Shown: positions 8,396-17,828, counted from the stretch's first letter. The stretch: DNA of 64,000 nt from Nannocystales bacterium (GCA_050633305.1 JBOEGF010000005.1:427372-491371), one strand, 5' to 3'. Program-made: numbers and translations. The notes: generated from the letters alone by a model not told the origin.

Positions 8396-10708
8396 TCACC
8401 GGTTCGGATAGGAGAACCGGACCTTTCCCTCTCGCACCAGCTTCGCGAGGAACCTCATCGAGTGCTGGGTGTCGCGGGTGTTGACCAGGGCTTGGTACCG
8501 AGCGCTCTCGCTGTACTCGCCAAACTCGGCATCGGGCATCATCGTCACCATCTCCTCCCGGTTGGCCCGAATGTCAGCTGCGAATGTTCCGAATCTCAGC
8601 GTTGCATCTGCAACCGCGCGGCGGCGTCGCCCGACGACCGCGTTGAATCGTCTCCGCCTGATGCCGCTGGCCGCGATGAACGCTTCGCTGGCCCCGCGAG
8701 GCGTCCTCTGTTCCGCTCTGAGCGCAGCGTCTTCCGCCCTGACCCGACCGCTCGCTTCCCTGAGCGCGGCTTCGGCGGCCCTGAGCTCTTCAAGCATGCC
8801 GCGAACGTCCCCGCCTGCGGTGGGAATGCAGACTGCGATCAGCTCGCGGAGGTTCTCGTAGCCATTGAGCTCTTTTCGGAAGAAGACGATGCGCTCAGCG
8901 TAGTCGGGCCGGATGAGGTATTGAACCTCTCGGAGGGTCATCGTGTTGATGTTCCTGTTGTATGTCTCGGGGATTGCTCTCCCTGGGAGGTGGCCAGGCG
9001 TCGGCGGACTCCTGAAGTACCCGTTCGCAACGGCTGTGTTGATCGCACAAATGATGAAGCCGTCCGGCACTGCGCACTTCGGCAACGTGTCGTGGTAGTC
9101 CCACATGGCGGCGGCATCGAGAGCCTCGCCGTTCTGCCAGTCTCCAATCCCCTGACCAGGGTAGTTGTTGCTTGCAGCGCCAAGGATCCGGACGCGGCCG
9201 TTGTCCGCTTGCAACCCGACCATCCGGTTTTCGAGTTGAAGTGGAGCGAAGTTTAGCTGCCTCGCAAATGACTTCGGTTGGCCGAGCGTGTTTGACTGCT
9301 GTCCATTGGGGATGACGAGTCGGCTGTAGAGCCTGGTGGGGTTGGGATCGCCAAGCCCATAGATCACGTTCATCTGGTACTCGCCGCCGTACATCCACCA
9401 TCCGTTCTCCTCGTCCAGGACTCTCTCCTGTTGAAAGAAGTCTCGAATGGTGCCCCGGGCGCCTCCCGAGCTCTGGAGCCGGACATCGACTTTGTTCGAC
9501 TCCTCGTCGAACTCAACCTCGTTGAGTGAGGCGTTCTTTCCCATCCTGCCCTTGACCCCCGCTGGGAAGATGTTGCTTTCTTGGTCAGTCTCCAGGATTC
9601 CTGTGCCGTCGTAGAGGTCGCCAAGTTCGAATCGTTTGCCCAACTCGAAGGGCGGCAGCACCAGTGGGGGATGCGGCGCCCAGTGGGGGTGGCTTTCTGG
9701 GTACTGGAGAAATGTCCTGTTTCGAGGGTTGAGGAGAATTGGCGTCAGACCTGAGCGCCCGAACCAGTCCGCCGGGCAGTCGGCGTCACGGGCCTTCTCT
9801 GCTGCGTTGAGGCCCACGCCCCCACCCGCAGTGACGCAGATTCGTTCGGTGAAGTGCCAACTCACTTCATCGCGAATCGCATCGACGCCGTTCATGACCT
9901 TGCGGTTCTTCTGCTCGTCGGTCCAGTTTTCCGGCGAGATCCATGGAGGGGTTCGTGCCGCGACAATGACGTCGCTTTCATTCGGGGCAGGCTGACCTGC
10001 CGTCGGGAAGACCTGAGGGCGCCCCGGCCCCGTGCAAATGTCGATCTTCGATGCGTAGACCAACTCCGCAGTGCCGGTCGAGGGGTCGTACAGGCACAAG
10101 CGATAGGGGGCCTCGCCCGGCGGGTGGGCGGGCCATGCTCGGTGCGCTTGGACGTTGACCAGGCCGACGACACCGTCCCCACCTTCTTCATTCGCGAAGT
10201 CGCCCTCCGGGAGACCGACCTGGCTCGGACGGCGCTGGATGAGGGCGACCCAGCGTTCTCGGGTTTGTCCCTCGGCGCCCTTGGCTCGCTCGGCCTCCGC
10301 GTCGATCCTGTCTCCAAAGTGCTGGGAGTCTAGGCCGGAGTCTTTCGTTGGCCCCGTCATCATTGCGTCGTTGTCGAAGCCTGGGAAACTCAAGAGGTGG
10401 TTCGGTTGCCCCAACCCGTGCTGGAAGTACTTGGGCCACGGGTTCGGAAACCCGATGTGCATGATCGTCTTGCCTTCGACGCGGTTGTCGTCCGAGCGAT
10501 CCGCCTGCAGTGTCGTGCTGTTGACAACAGCCATGGGTCCCCTTCCGATGATCACGTAATAGACCTCGGGCGGCTGCATGTTGATCGCGTTGACACCGCC
10601 TCCCAGCGCGGCGGCAGCCTGCACTGGAGGCGGGGCCGGCTGGACCGGCTGCGCTGCTTGGTTCCGCTGGAGCTGAGCGAAGATGTTCAGAGGATTAGCT
10701 TGACCCAT
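8396..10708 (-). CDS. 770-aa hypothetical protein with flavoprotein (two dinucleotide-binding folds)-like motifs and ComEA-like HhH region; putative secreted effector
   Basis: YYVIIGRGPMA, IDICTGPG, ICVTAGGGVGLNAAE, LVIPNGQ, VRILGAA; NINTMTLREVQYL...AERIVFFRKELNGYENLREL. Confidence 0.6.
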   Translation of the reverse strand: MGQANPLNIFAQLQRNQAAQPVQPAPPPVQAAAALGGGVNAINMQPPEVYYVIIGRGPMAVVNSTTLQADRSDDNRVEGKTIMHIGFPNPWPKYFQHGLGQPNHLLSFPGFDNDAMMTGPTKDSGLDSQHFGDRIDAEAERAKGAEGQTRERWVALIQRRPSQVGLPEGDFANEEGGDGVVGLVNVQAHRAWPAHPPGEAPYRLCLYDPSTGTAELVYASKIDICTGPGRPQVFPTAGQPAPNESDVIVAARTPPWISPENWTDEQKNRKVMNGVDAIRDEVSWHFTERICVTAGGGVGLNAAEKARDADCPADWFGRSGLTPILLNPRNRTFLQYPESHPHWAPHPPLVLPPFELGKRFELGDLYDGTGILETDQESNIFPAGVKGRMGKNASLNEVEFDEESNKVDVRLQSSGGARGTIRDFFQQERVLDEENGWWMYGGEYQMNVIYGLGDPNPTRLYSRLVIPNGQQSNTLGQPKSFARQLNFAPLQLENRMVGLQADNGRVRILGAASNNYPGQGIGDWQNGEALDAAAMWDYHDTLPKCAVPDGFIICAINTAVANGYFRSPPTPGHLPGRAIPETYNRNINTMTLREVQYLIRPDYAERIVFFRKELNGYENLRELIAVCIPTAGGDVRGMLEELRAAEAALREASGRVRAEDAALRAEQRTPRGASEAFIAASGIRRRRFNAVVGRRRRAVADATLRFGTFAADIRANREEMVTMMPDAEFGEYSESARYQALVNTRDTQHSMRFLAKLVREGKVRFSYPNR

Positions 10709-11492
10709 GTCTTCGAAGCCTTTCGTCGGCGCTGTTTCGCTGCACTCGAGTCAGCCTTGCGTACCGCCGGATCGCGAGCAGCCCGCTGGCGTGGAGGCGC
10801 CCCGCGTGGTCGGTCGGGTTCTCCGCCGTCCGACGCTGCACCGCGCGGGACGCCCAGGGGTGGAACGGGTCCTGGTCGAAGCCGCGACCCAGCAGAAACA
10901 TCAGCATCACCCAGACACCGACACCTGCGTTCGTGGTCAGCCCGTGTGCGTGTGTCAAGGAACGACCGTGTTCGATGAGCTGCTGAACTGCGGGCTCGCC
11001 GAGCAGTTCGTACTTGGGGCGGAACATTAGGCCGAGAAGTTGGTGAAGCCCTGGGTCGTCTTCGCTGTGTGCCGCAATCTCGTCGAAGTCATGGTGGAGC
11101 ACCCACGCCAGTGCCCGTCGGTACAGGGCTCCGTCGGGACCGATCATGGGCTCCATTCGGGCAGCCGAGGTCGCCAGCAGGGCGGCCATGGCGTCTCTGC
11201 GGTTGGCGGCGTTGTGCTTGCGCAGGCTCGCGCCGGCCCACGGTAGCTGCGGGTCTTCGTCGAAATGGACCCCCAGCAAGACCATCAGGCTCACGAAGGC
11301 CGATACGTCGGCCTGCGCGTGAAAACCATGTCTCTGTGCACGCGCAATCCCGATGTCGACGGCCGCACGCGCGCCCGGGTCGGTGAGCACCAAGCAGTGT
11401 TGTGGAAAGTGAACCCAAAGGTCCTCGAGGACCGCCTCGCGCGTCTGGATGTGCTTTGGGGTCCCCGATTGGAGTGCTTCGTGTTGGGTCAT
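10695..11492 (-). CDS. Hypothetical protein with internal duplication, putative effector adaptor/chaperone
   Basis: Two copies of HG..x..LM.LLG..FD.DP..PWA; overlaps the downstream start by 14 nt. Confidence 0.6.
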   Translation of the reverse strand: MTQHEALQSGTPKHIQTREAVLEDLWVHFPQHCLVLTDPGARAAVDIGIARAQRHGFHAQADVSAFVSLMVLLGVHFDEDPQLPWAGASLRKHNAANRRDAMAALLATSAARMEPMIGPDGALYRRALAWVLHHDFDEIAAHSEDDPGLHQLLGLMFRPKYELLGEPAVQQLIEHGRSLTHAHGLTTNAGVGVWVMLMFLLGRGFDQDPFHPWASRAVQRRTAENPTDHAGRLHASGLLAIRRYARLTRVQRNSADERLRRHGSS

Positions 11493-11506
11493 CGGCAGGC
11501 GCTCCG

Positions 11507-12193
11507 CTACGCGTTCCCGGCATGAACGGCCGACAGGGCGGCGACCGTGGCCTGGTCGAGCTCCCCGGTGGGGTCGAGTTCTTGGACCCGCTGAAACCGC
11601 CGCAACGCAGCGGCGGTTGCGTCGTCGAGTGTTCCGTGGGCCTGGCCCTCGTAGTAGCCGAGGTTTGCCAGGCGGGCCTGCGCACCGTCGACGTCTTCGG
11701 TCGGGTTGAGCGTTCGTGGTGAGATGTCGTAGACCCGCTCCTCGTCTCCCTCGCCGACCCGCAAGATGACCTTGGTCAGGTCCGGCGGGACATACACTTC
11801 AACAACTCCGTTCGCGTCTGTCGTCCCGGCAAACGTCTTCCCGCTGTGCTCGAGGGTGTAGTCGAGGTTGGCGAGCGGTTCGTCGCACTCGAGCAGCTGA
11901 AGACGCAGCATCTCCGGTACCCCTTTGAGCTCAAAGCGATGGAGCTTCCCCGTCGGGCAGGTTTCTTCGCGCGGCTTCAGGGGGGGGATCTGCACGATGT
12001 CCCCGGGCTTGAGGACGAAGGGGGTGTCACGCGTGGCCTTGAGTTCCGCGTTGGCGGGGTGGGACCACAGCGACTCCCAGAAAAAGCCGTGTTCGTAGGC
12101 GATGCTCGACATGCACTCGCCTTGTTGGACCGTGTGTTTCTTCGTGGAACTCATCGGGACAGACTTCGTTGGTGTTGCGAAACGACTCGTCAC
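11507..12193 (-). CDS. LysM + transthyretin-like + peptidoglycan-binding domain protein
   Basis: LysM HTVQQGECMSSIA...LKPGDIVQIP; EPLANLDYTL...GTTDANG; PG_binding_1 QARLANLGY...TAAALRRFQ...TGELDQAT; GTGA overlap with the upstream gene (alternative start 12154). Confidence 0.85.
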   Translation of the reverse strand: MTSRFATPTKSVPMSSTKKHTVQQGECMSSIAYEHGFFWESLWSHPANAELKATRDTPFVLKPGDIVQIPPLKPREETCPTGKLHRFELKGVPEMLRLQLLECDEPLANLDYTLEHSGKTFAGTTDANGVVEVYVPPDLTKVILRVGEGDEERVYDISPRTLNPTEDVDGAQARLANLGYYEGQAHGTLDDATAAALRRFQRVQELDPTGELDQATVAALSAVHAGNA

Positions 12194-12732
12194 AGGGGTT
12201 CGGCGTGGACGTAACTCCAGGCCTCGCTGTCGAATTCAGGGAACGACACTTTGCAGGTACCGGCCTTTCGGATTTCCCGAATCTCGGCCCGTCCGTCGTG
12301 GTCGAGGCTGCCGCTGTGGGTTCGGCCGGCGGGGTCCAGGAGGCGATACGCGGCTCCGGCGATGGGTTCGTCCAGGGCGTTGACGAGCTCGAGCACAACG
12401 GCGTGGAGCGGAACTTCGTCCTCGTTGTCGTCCTCGGGGAGCAGCGCGGTGAGGTCGGTCGGTGCGGATGACCCCTTGGCTGACCCCGCGGATGGATGCC
12501 AAGCGACGTACTCGAGCTCCCCGCAGGCGAGGGCTCGCATCGCCTTTTCCGCGATGCGATCACCGGATTCGACCCACGCGTTGAGGAGGTTTGCGAGCGC
12601 TCGGGCGCCCGAAACGGTACTCGCGAACTCGCGGACTTCGAGCTCAACCTGGCGTGGCACATCCACGAATCTCCGGAACGGACTTCCCGAGACTTGGAGG
12701 GCGCCGAACCCGAGTTGCAGGCGTCGAAACAT
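12190..12732 (-). CDS. Hypothetical protein with C-terminal transthyretin-like domain resembling VgrG/PAAR extensions
   Basis: LELVNALDEPIAGAAYRLLDPAG..HSGSLDHDGRAEI...GTCKVSFPEFDSEAW; GAGG upstream of the ATG. Confidence 0.6.
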   Translation of the reverse strand: MFRRLQLGFGALQVSGSPFRRFVDVPRQVELEVREFASTVSGARALANLLNAWVESGDRIAEKAMRALACGELEYVAWHPSAGSAKGSSAPTDLTALLPEDDNEDEVPLHAVVLELVNALDEPIAGAAYRLLDPAGRTHSGSLDHDGRAEIREIRKAGTCKVSFPEFDSEAWSYVHAEPL

Positions 12733-13131
12733 GGAGACCTCACGATGTTTTCGCGCCGCGGACCTCCCAATGTCGCCCCGGTTTCGCCGCGGGCTCGGGG
12801 GGGTCGAGCGGGGTCATAGAAGCGATCAATCGGTCGGATAGGGACGAAGTATTGGCAACGCTGCCGCCGTCATAGGCGACGAGCTCGGCGGCGAAAAGGG
12901 CCGCACGGGTCCATCGGCCTTCACGGCCGTGGGCGGCTTCTGCGGTCCTCGGTAGGAGGTGTCCTGCACATCGGGATTCCGTCTCGATCGAAGAACCCGG
13001 GGCCGGGCGCGCCACACCCTCCAACGGCACTGACCCGTCGCCGTCGCTCGTCCACAAGAGCCTCTCGCGGATGCTGACCTCGCGATGCGTGCCTCGCACC
13101 GTGTCGTGTGTAGAGCCGAAGGAGGCCTACA

Positions 13132-14403
13132 TTGAGCCTCGACCAGGAGAGGCCCCCGCCGCATGAGCTGCCTATGGGCGAGCCTGCCGTCGACCAATCC
13201 GAAGCGCTTCAGCGGCTCTACGAAACGTTCCCGTACCCAAGGGAGGTTTCCGGCCTCGACGACTTCAAGGCGGGCAAGCGGCAGCCGATCTGGAACCCCA
13301 AGACCAGCTACTCGGTGTTCTTTCCGGAATCGAAGCCCCGTGCGGACCTCGATATCCTCGTCGCCGGGTGTGGAACCAACCTCGTCCCCGTGTTCGGCGC
13401 CTTCATGCCCGAGGCGCGAATCGTTGGGGTCGACATCTCGACCGCCTCGCTGGAGATCAGCGCCGAACAGTGCGCCTCGAATGGCATCGCCAACGTCGAG
13501 CATCGAAGGCTCCGCCTCGAGGAGGTCGCATCGCTGGGAGAGAGCTTCGACTTCGTGTGTTGCACAGGCGTGCTTCACCACCTCGAGGACCCCGTCGCCG
13601 GGCTGCGGGCACTCGGCGACGTGACGCGGCCCGATGGCGCGATCATGGCGATGGTGTACGCCCGGTACGGTCGGCAGGGCATCTACATGCTTCAGGAGCT
13701 GGCGACGATGCTGGGCCTGCGTATCGACGAACTCAGCGCAGCCAAGACCCAGAAACTCCTCGCCTTGCTGCCTGCGACGCACCCCTTCCGGGCGGTCTAC
13801 CGTGAGGTCGGAGAGATGATCAGCATCGAGGAGGTGATGGACATGATCCTCAACCCCCGGGACCGAAGCTTTCGGGTTCACGATGTTCGGGACCTGGTGG
13901 ACGGCGCTGGGCTCCGCTTCCATCGCTGGCTCGGCAACGCGCCCTACTTGCCGGAGATGACGGCGCTGGGGCAGGCAGGTCTGCTACCCGAAGCCGACGC
14001 GCTTGGGCCTTGGGACCGGGCCGCCGCTGCCGAGCTGGCGTTTGGGAACATCATCAAGCACAGCTTTGTCGTCACCCATCCCGGACGAGAGAGCGCCGCG
14101 GAGCTGTTCGAGGGAGCCGCGCTCCTCGACGCGTATCCAGCGTTGTCGACTCACCTCAGGGTCGAGCATTCCGGAGCGAATCTGGTCGTCACCAACGAGG
14201 GCCATGCGGTGCCGATCCAGACGGCCGCGCCGGTTGCCGAGATGGCCGCGTTGCTCAAGGCGTGCGACGGCAGTCGGACCGTTGCCCAGTTGGCCTCTGC
14301 GCTCGGGGACACGGTGGTCTCCGCATACCGGCATCTGTACAACGCGGATGCGATCACGCTTTCGCGGGTCCCGTGCGTCACACCGACGTCTGCACCTCGC
14401 TGA
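13132..14403 (+). CDS. Class I SAM-dependent methyltransferase
   Basis: AAGGAGG 6 nt before the TTG; YETFPYP, ILVAGCGT, GVDIS, FDFVCCTGVLHHL. Confidence 0.85.
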   Translation: MSLDQERPPPHELPMGEPAVDQSEALQRLYETFPYPREVSGLDDFKAGKRQPIWNPKTSYSVFFPESKPRADLDILVAGCGTNLVPVFGAFMPEARIVGVDISTASLEISAEQCASNGIANVEHRRLRLEEVASLGESFDFVCCTGVLHHLEDPVAGLRALGDVTRPDGAIMAMVYARYGRQGIYMLQELATMLGLRIDELSAAKTQKLLALLPATHPFRAVYREVGEMISIEEVMDMILNPRDRSFRVHDVRDLVDGAGLRFHRWLGNAPYLPEMTALGQAGLLPEADALGPWDRAAAAELAFGNIIKHSFVVTHPGRESAAELFEGAALLDAYPALSTHLRVEHSGANLVVTNEGHAVPIQTAAPVAEMAALLKACDGSRTVAQLASALGDTVVSAYRHLYNADAITLSRVPCVTPTSAPR

Positions 14404-14540
14404 GTGCTTCGGAGCCGTCCCACAGCGCGTCTGGACCCGGTGCATCAGCGGCTGGGGCAGCGTGCGCTGTGGTCTCCGACTGCGGTCCGAGCATCGAGCG
14501 CTTGCGTGCCGTCGCCGCGCGACGCTACCGTCCGAGCGCC

Positions 14541-16508
14541 ATGCTGTCCCACGCTGCTCGTCTCTGTGTTGCCGCGCTGCTGGTCTCGACGACCGTCGGC
14601 GCCTGTGATTCGACCAAACCCGCCCCCAAGGCGACGAAGCCGGATGCGGAGGCAGCCGACAAGGCGGCCGCCGACGCGAAGGCCGTCAAAGATCAGGCGG
14701 CCAAGCGTGTCGCGATCGACCCCAACGGCAAGGCGGGGAAGAGCCCGTTCGAGAAGAAGTCGGACAAGACGCCCGAGCAAGCCAAGACGTTTGCGGAGAA
14801 AACCGACAAAGAACTCAAGGAGCTTTGGACGCGCTCGGCCAAGGCACAGTGGACCAAGGCCACGGACATCACCGACGAGCACGACAAGGCCGCCGCGCTG
14901 CTCACCGCAGAGGTGATGGCGTACGAGACCAAGGCGATCGCCGAAGCTGCGACGTTCGATGGCGTGAAGGCCGAGCCGGACGTTCGTCGGCAGATCGACC
15001 TCCTCAAAGTCTCGAGCACCGTCCCGGCTCCCGACGACGAGGTGAAGCGGAAGCAGCTCGCCGACATCACATCAAAGCTGGAGAGCACCTACGGCAAGGG
15101 GAAGTTCTGCACCAATCCCGACGACGACAAGACCTGCAAGGACCTGGGCGAGCTCTCCGACGTATTGGCGACCAGTCGGGACTACGACGAGCAGCTCGCG
15201 GCCTGGGAGGGCTGGCGCACGATCTCCGTGCCCATGAAGGAGGACTACACCAGGTTCGTCGAACTGGGGAACGAGGGTGCCAAGGCGATCGGATTCTCGG
15301 ACATGGGCGTGCTGTGGCGCAGCCGATACGACATGTCCCCAGAGGCGTTCGAGCAGGAGATGGACCGGTTGTGGGGGCAGGTCAAGCCGCTGTACGAGCA
15401 GCTGCACTGCCACATTCGCGCGTCACTGAGCGAGAAATACGGTGCCGACAAGGTCCCCGCCGACGGCATGATCCCCGCGCACCTCTCGGGCAACATGTGG
15501 ACGCAGGACTTCATCAACCTGTACCCGATGCTCGAGCCTCACAAGGGGCAGCCCAGCATCGACGTCACCAAGGCGCTCAAGAAGAAGAAGACCACCGAGG
15601 TCGAGATGGTGAAGATGGGCGAGGCCTTCTTCACATCGATGGGCCTCAACCCGCTGCCGGATACGTTCTGGGAGCGCTCGATGTTCGTCAAACCGAAGGA
15701 TCGTGACGCCGTCTGTCATGCCAGCGCGTGGGACGTGACCTCGAACAACGATCTGCGCATCAAGATGTGCATCAAGATCAACCACGAGGACCTCGTGACG
15801 ATCCACCACGAGCTTGGGCACAACTACTACTACAACAACTACTTCACGAAGCCGGTCCTGTTCCAACAGGGCGCGCACGACGGCTTTCACGAGGCGATCG
15901 GCGATGCCATCGCACTGTCGATCACACCGAAGTATCTCAACGAAATCGGCCTTCTCGGGAAGGTCTCCGAGAGCGATGAGGCGGTGGTCAACAAGCAGAT
16001 GCAGGACGCGTTGGCGAAGATCGCCTTCCTGCCGTTTGGCAAGATGATCGACCAGTGGCGCTGGGACGTGTTCTCCGGGAAGGTGAAACCCGAGCAGTAC
16101 AACGCGCACTGGTGGAAGCTTCGCGCCAAGTACCAGGGGGTCATGCCGCCGACGGCGCGCTCCGAAGAGCACTTCGATCCCGGCGCGAAGTACCACATCC
16201 CCGCCAACACCCCGTACGCCCGCTACTTCATGGCGCACATCCTTCAGTTCCAATTTCACAAGGCGATGTGCCAAGCCGCCGGGCACGAAGGGCCACTTCA
16301 CACCTGCTCGGTCTACGGCAGCAAGGAGGCCGGCGCGAAATTGGCCGCCATGCTGGAGATGGGCAGCAGCCAGCCGTGGCCTGATGCGCTCGAGAAGCTC
16401 ACGGGAACGCGCGAGATGGATGGCGCTGCGGTCGTCGAGTACTTCGCGCCACTCATGGGATACCTGAAGGAGCAGAACGAAGGTCGCAGCTGCGGCTGGG
16501 ATGGTTGA
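14541..16508 (+). CDS. M2 family metallopeptidase (peptidyl-dipeptidase A, ACE-like), lipoprotein
   Basis: Signal peptide ending VGAC; IPAHLSGNMW, CHASAWD, zinc motif HHELGH, GFHEAIGD, FDPGAKYH. Confidence 0.92.
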   Translation: MLSHAARLCVAALLVSTTVGACDSTKPAPKATKPDAEAADKAAADAKAVKDQAAKRVAIDPNGKAGKSPFEKKSDKTPEQAKTFAEKTDKELKELWTRSAKAQWTKATDITDEHDKAAALLTAEVMAYETKAIAEAATFDGVKAEPDVRRQIDLLKVSSTVPAPDDEVKRKQLADITSKLESTYGKGKFCTNPDDDKTCKDLGELSDVLATSRDYDEQLAAWEGWRTISVPMKEDYTRFVELGNEGAKAIGFSDMGVLWRSRYDMSPEAFEQEMDRLWGQVKPLYEQLHCHIRASLSEKYGADKVPADGMIPAHLSGNMWTQDFINLYPMLEPHKGQPSIDVTKALKKKKTTEVEMVKMGEAFFTSMGLNPLPDTFWERSMFVKPKDRDAVCHASAWDVTSNNDLRIKMCIKINHEDLVTIHHELGHNYYYNNYFTKPVLFQQGAHDGFHEAIGDAIALSITPKYLNEIGLLGKVSESDEAVVNKQMQDALAKIAFLPFGKMIDQWRWDVFSGKVKPEQYNAHWWKLRAKYQGVMPPTARSEEHFDPGAKYHIPANTPYARYFMAHILQFQFHKAMCQAAGHEGPLHTCSVYGSKEAGAKLAAMLEMGSSQPWPDALEKLTGTREMDGAAVVEYFAPLMGYLKEQNEGRSCGWDG

Positions 16509-16530
16509 GCGGGTCGGTGGGCTCCGAACG

Positions 16531-16585
16531 TCCTCGGGGGAAGGCAATCCGCGTTGCGAATCGCTTCCGGCCTCCCCGCGATTTC
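16531..16585 (-). repeat. ~55-bp intergenic repeat, copy 1 (inverted relative to copy 2)
   Basis: Reverse complement aatcgcggggaggccggaagcgattcgcaacgcggattgccttcccccgagga aligns with 19444-19498. Confidence 0.75.
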
Positions 16586-16665
16586 GCGTCGTGAATCACT
16601 TGGTGTGAGCCAGCCCTTTCTCGCGAACCCCGAACCCGGTTATGTTCCGGGGCTTCGGGGTTCTT

Positions 16666-17706
16666 ATGCGTCGCGTTTGTCTTGTCGTTTCTTGCATTGC
16701 TGTACTCGGGCTCGGGTGTAGCTCCGAGGTGATCAATCCGTTCTCCAGCGCCACGATGGGCGCGATGGAGAGCAGCTCGGGCGCAGCGCCCGACTCGACT
16801 TCGGGCCCGCGGACGACAGGGATCAGCGGGGCCAGCATCAGCGCGAGTGGTGGGTCGACGACAGACGACGCATCGTCGAGCACCGCGTCTTCAGGCCAGG
16901 TGGATTCAAGCTCGACCACCGTGGTCGAAACGACCACCGGAACTGTCGACGAAACAACCACTGGCGGTGTCGATGAGACGACCACCGGTGTGATCGACGA
17001 GTCGACATCGTCCTCGTCGAGTTCCAGTTCGTCGAGTTCCAGCTCGTCGAGCTCCAGTTCGTCGAGCTCGAGCTCCTCCACGGGGGACGCCTGCGACCAG
17101 CCTCCCACCGACTACGATGACTGCTTCAACTCGGGCAACGGGGTTTGTGATGAACCGAACTCCACATGCCTGCTCGACGACGTGATGGCCCCGACCCATG
17201 GCGCTTGTGCGGCGCTGGAGTGCGTCGAGGACTGCGACTGCCCTGCAGCTCCCGATACCGGGACGGCCGAGTCGGTCTGCGGGGACATTTTGTCCGGAGG
17301 CGGCACGGCTTGTATTCTCGATTGCTCGGGCGGTGCGACGTGTCCCGATGGCATGAACTGCATCGGCAACCAGGTGTGCATGTGGCCCGACTTGGTCTGC
17401 GACGACCCGCCGCCGGAGGGCGTCTATGGCGACTGCCTCACCGAGGGCAACGGCGTGTGCAACAACTTGTCTGCGACCTGCCTGCAAGACGACACGATGG
17501 CCCCGACCGTGGGCGTGTGCGCTCCGCAGGGGTGTGAGACGGACTGCGACTGTCCTGCGGCCCCCGCAACCGGAGACGCGACCGTATCGTGTGGGACGAT
17601 CGTGGATGGTGGCGGGAATGCCTGCTTCCTCAGCTGCTCCGCGGGCGAGACGTGCCCCGACAGCATGGTCTGCTTCGACGACTTCCTGTGCATGTGGATG
17701 CCGTAG
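16666..17706 (+). CDS. Lipoprotein with Ser/Thr stalk and two tandem 14-Cys domains
   Basis: LGLGC lipobox, poly-Ser linker, two ~100-aa repeats each containing CxxDCDCPAAP.TG.A...C...CPD.M.C. Confidence 0.8.
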   Translation: MRRVCLVVSCIAVLGLGCSSEVINPFSSATMGAMESSSGAAPDSTSGPRTTGISGASISASGGSTTDDASSSTASSGQVDSSSTTVVETTTGTVDETTTGGVDETTTGVIDESTSSSSSSSSSSSSSSSSSSSSSSSSTGDACDQPPTDYDDCFNSGNGVCDEPNSTCLLDDVMAPTHGACAALECVEDCDCPAAPDTGTAESVCGDILSGGGTACILDCSGGATCPDGMNCIGNQVCMWPDLVCDDPPPEGVYGDCLTEGNGVCNNLSATCLQDDTMAPTVGVCAPQGCETDCDCPAAPATGDATVSCGTIVDGGGNACFLSCSAGETCPDSMVCFDDFLCMWMP

Positions 17707-17828
17707 GCCGCCGCGAGATCGCGGGATAGGCGGTGCCCGCCCTCGCTTTGCTCCTGGGGGCGGGAGGCTCTGGGCTGTCGTGTTTTTCCTGCGTCCGAGA
17801 GGGGTTTGTATGCAACCGTCGTGGCGTC

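Noticed and set aside
12740..13099. 119-aa minus-strand ORF upstream of the putative cargo operon
   Set aside because: No recognisable motif or RBS; may be promoter DNA or a remnant, cannot be supported as a gene
14010..14540. N-terminal extension of the M2 peptidase ORF
   Set aside because: Overlaps the methyltransferase; the signal peptide starts at ATG 14541
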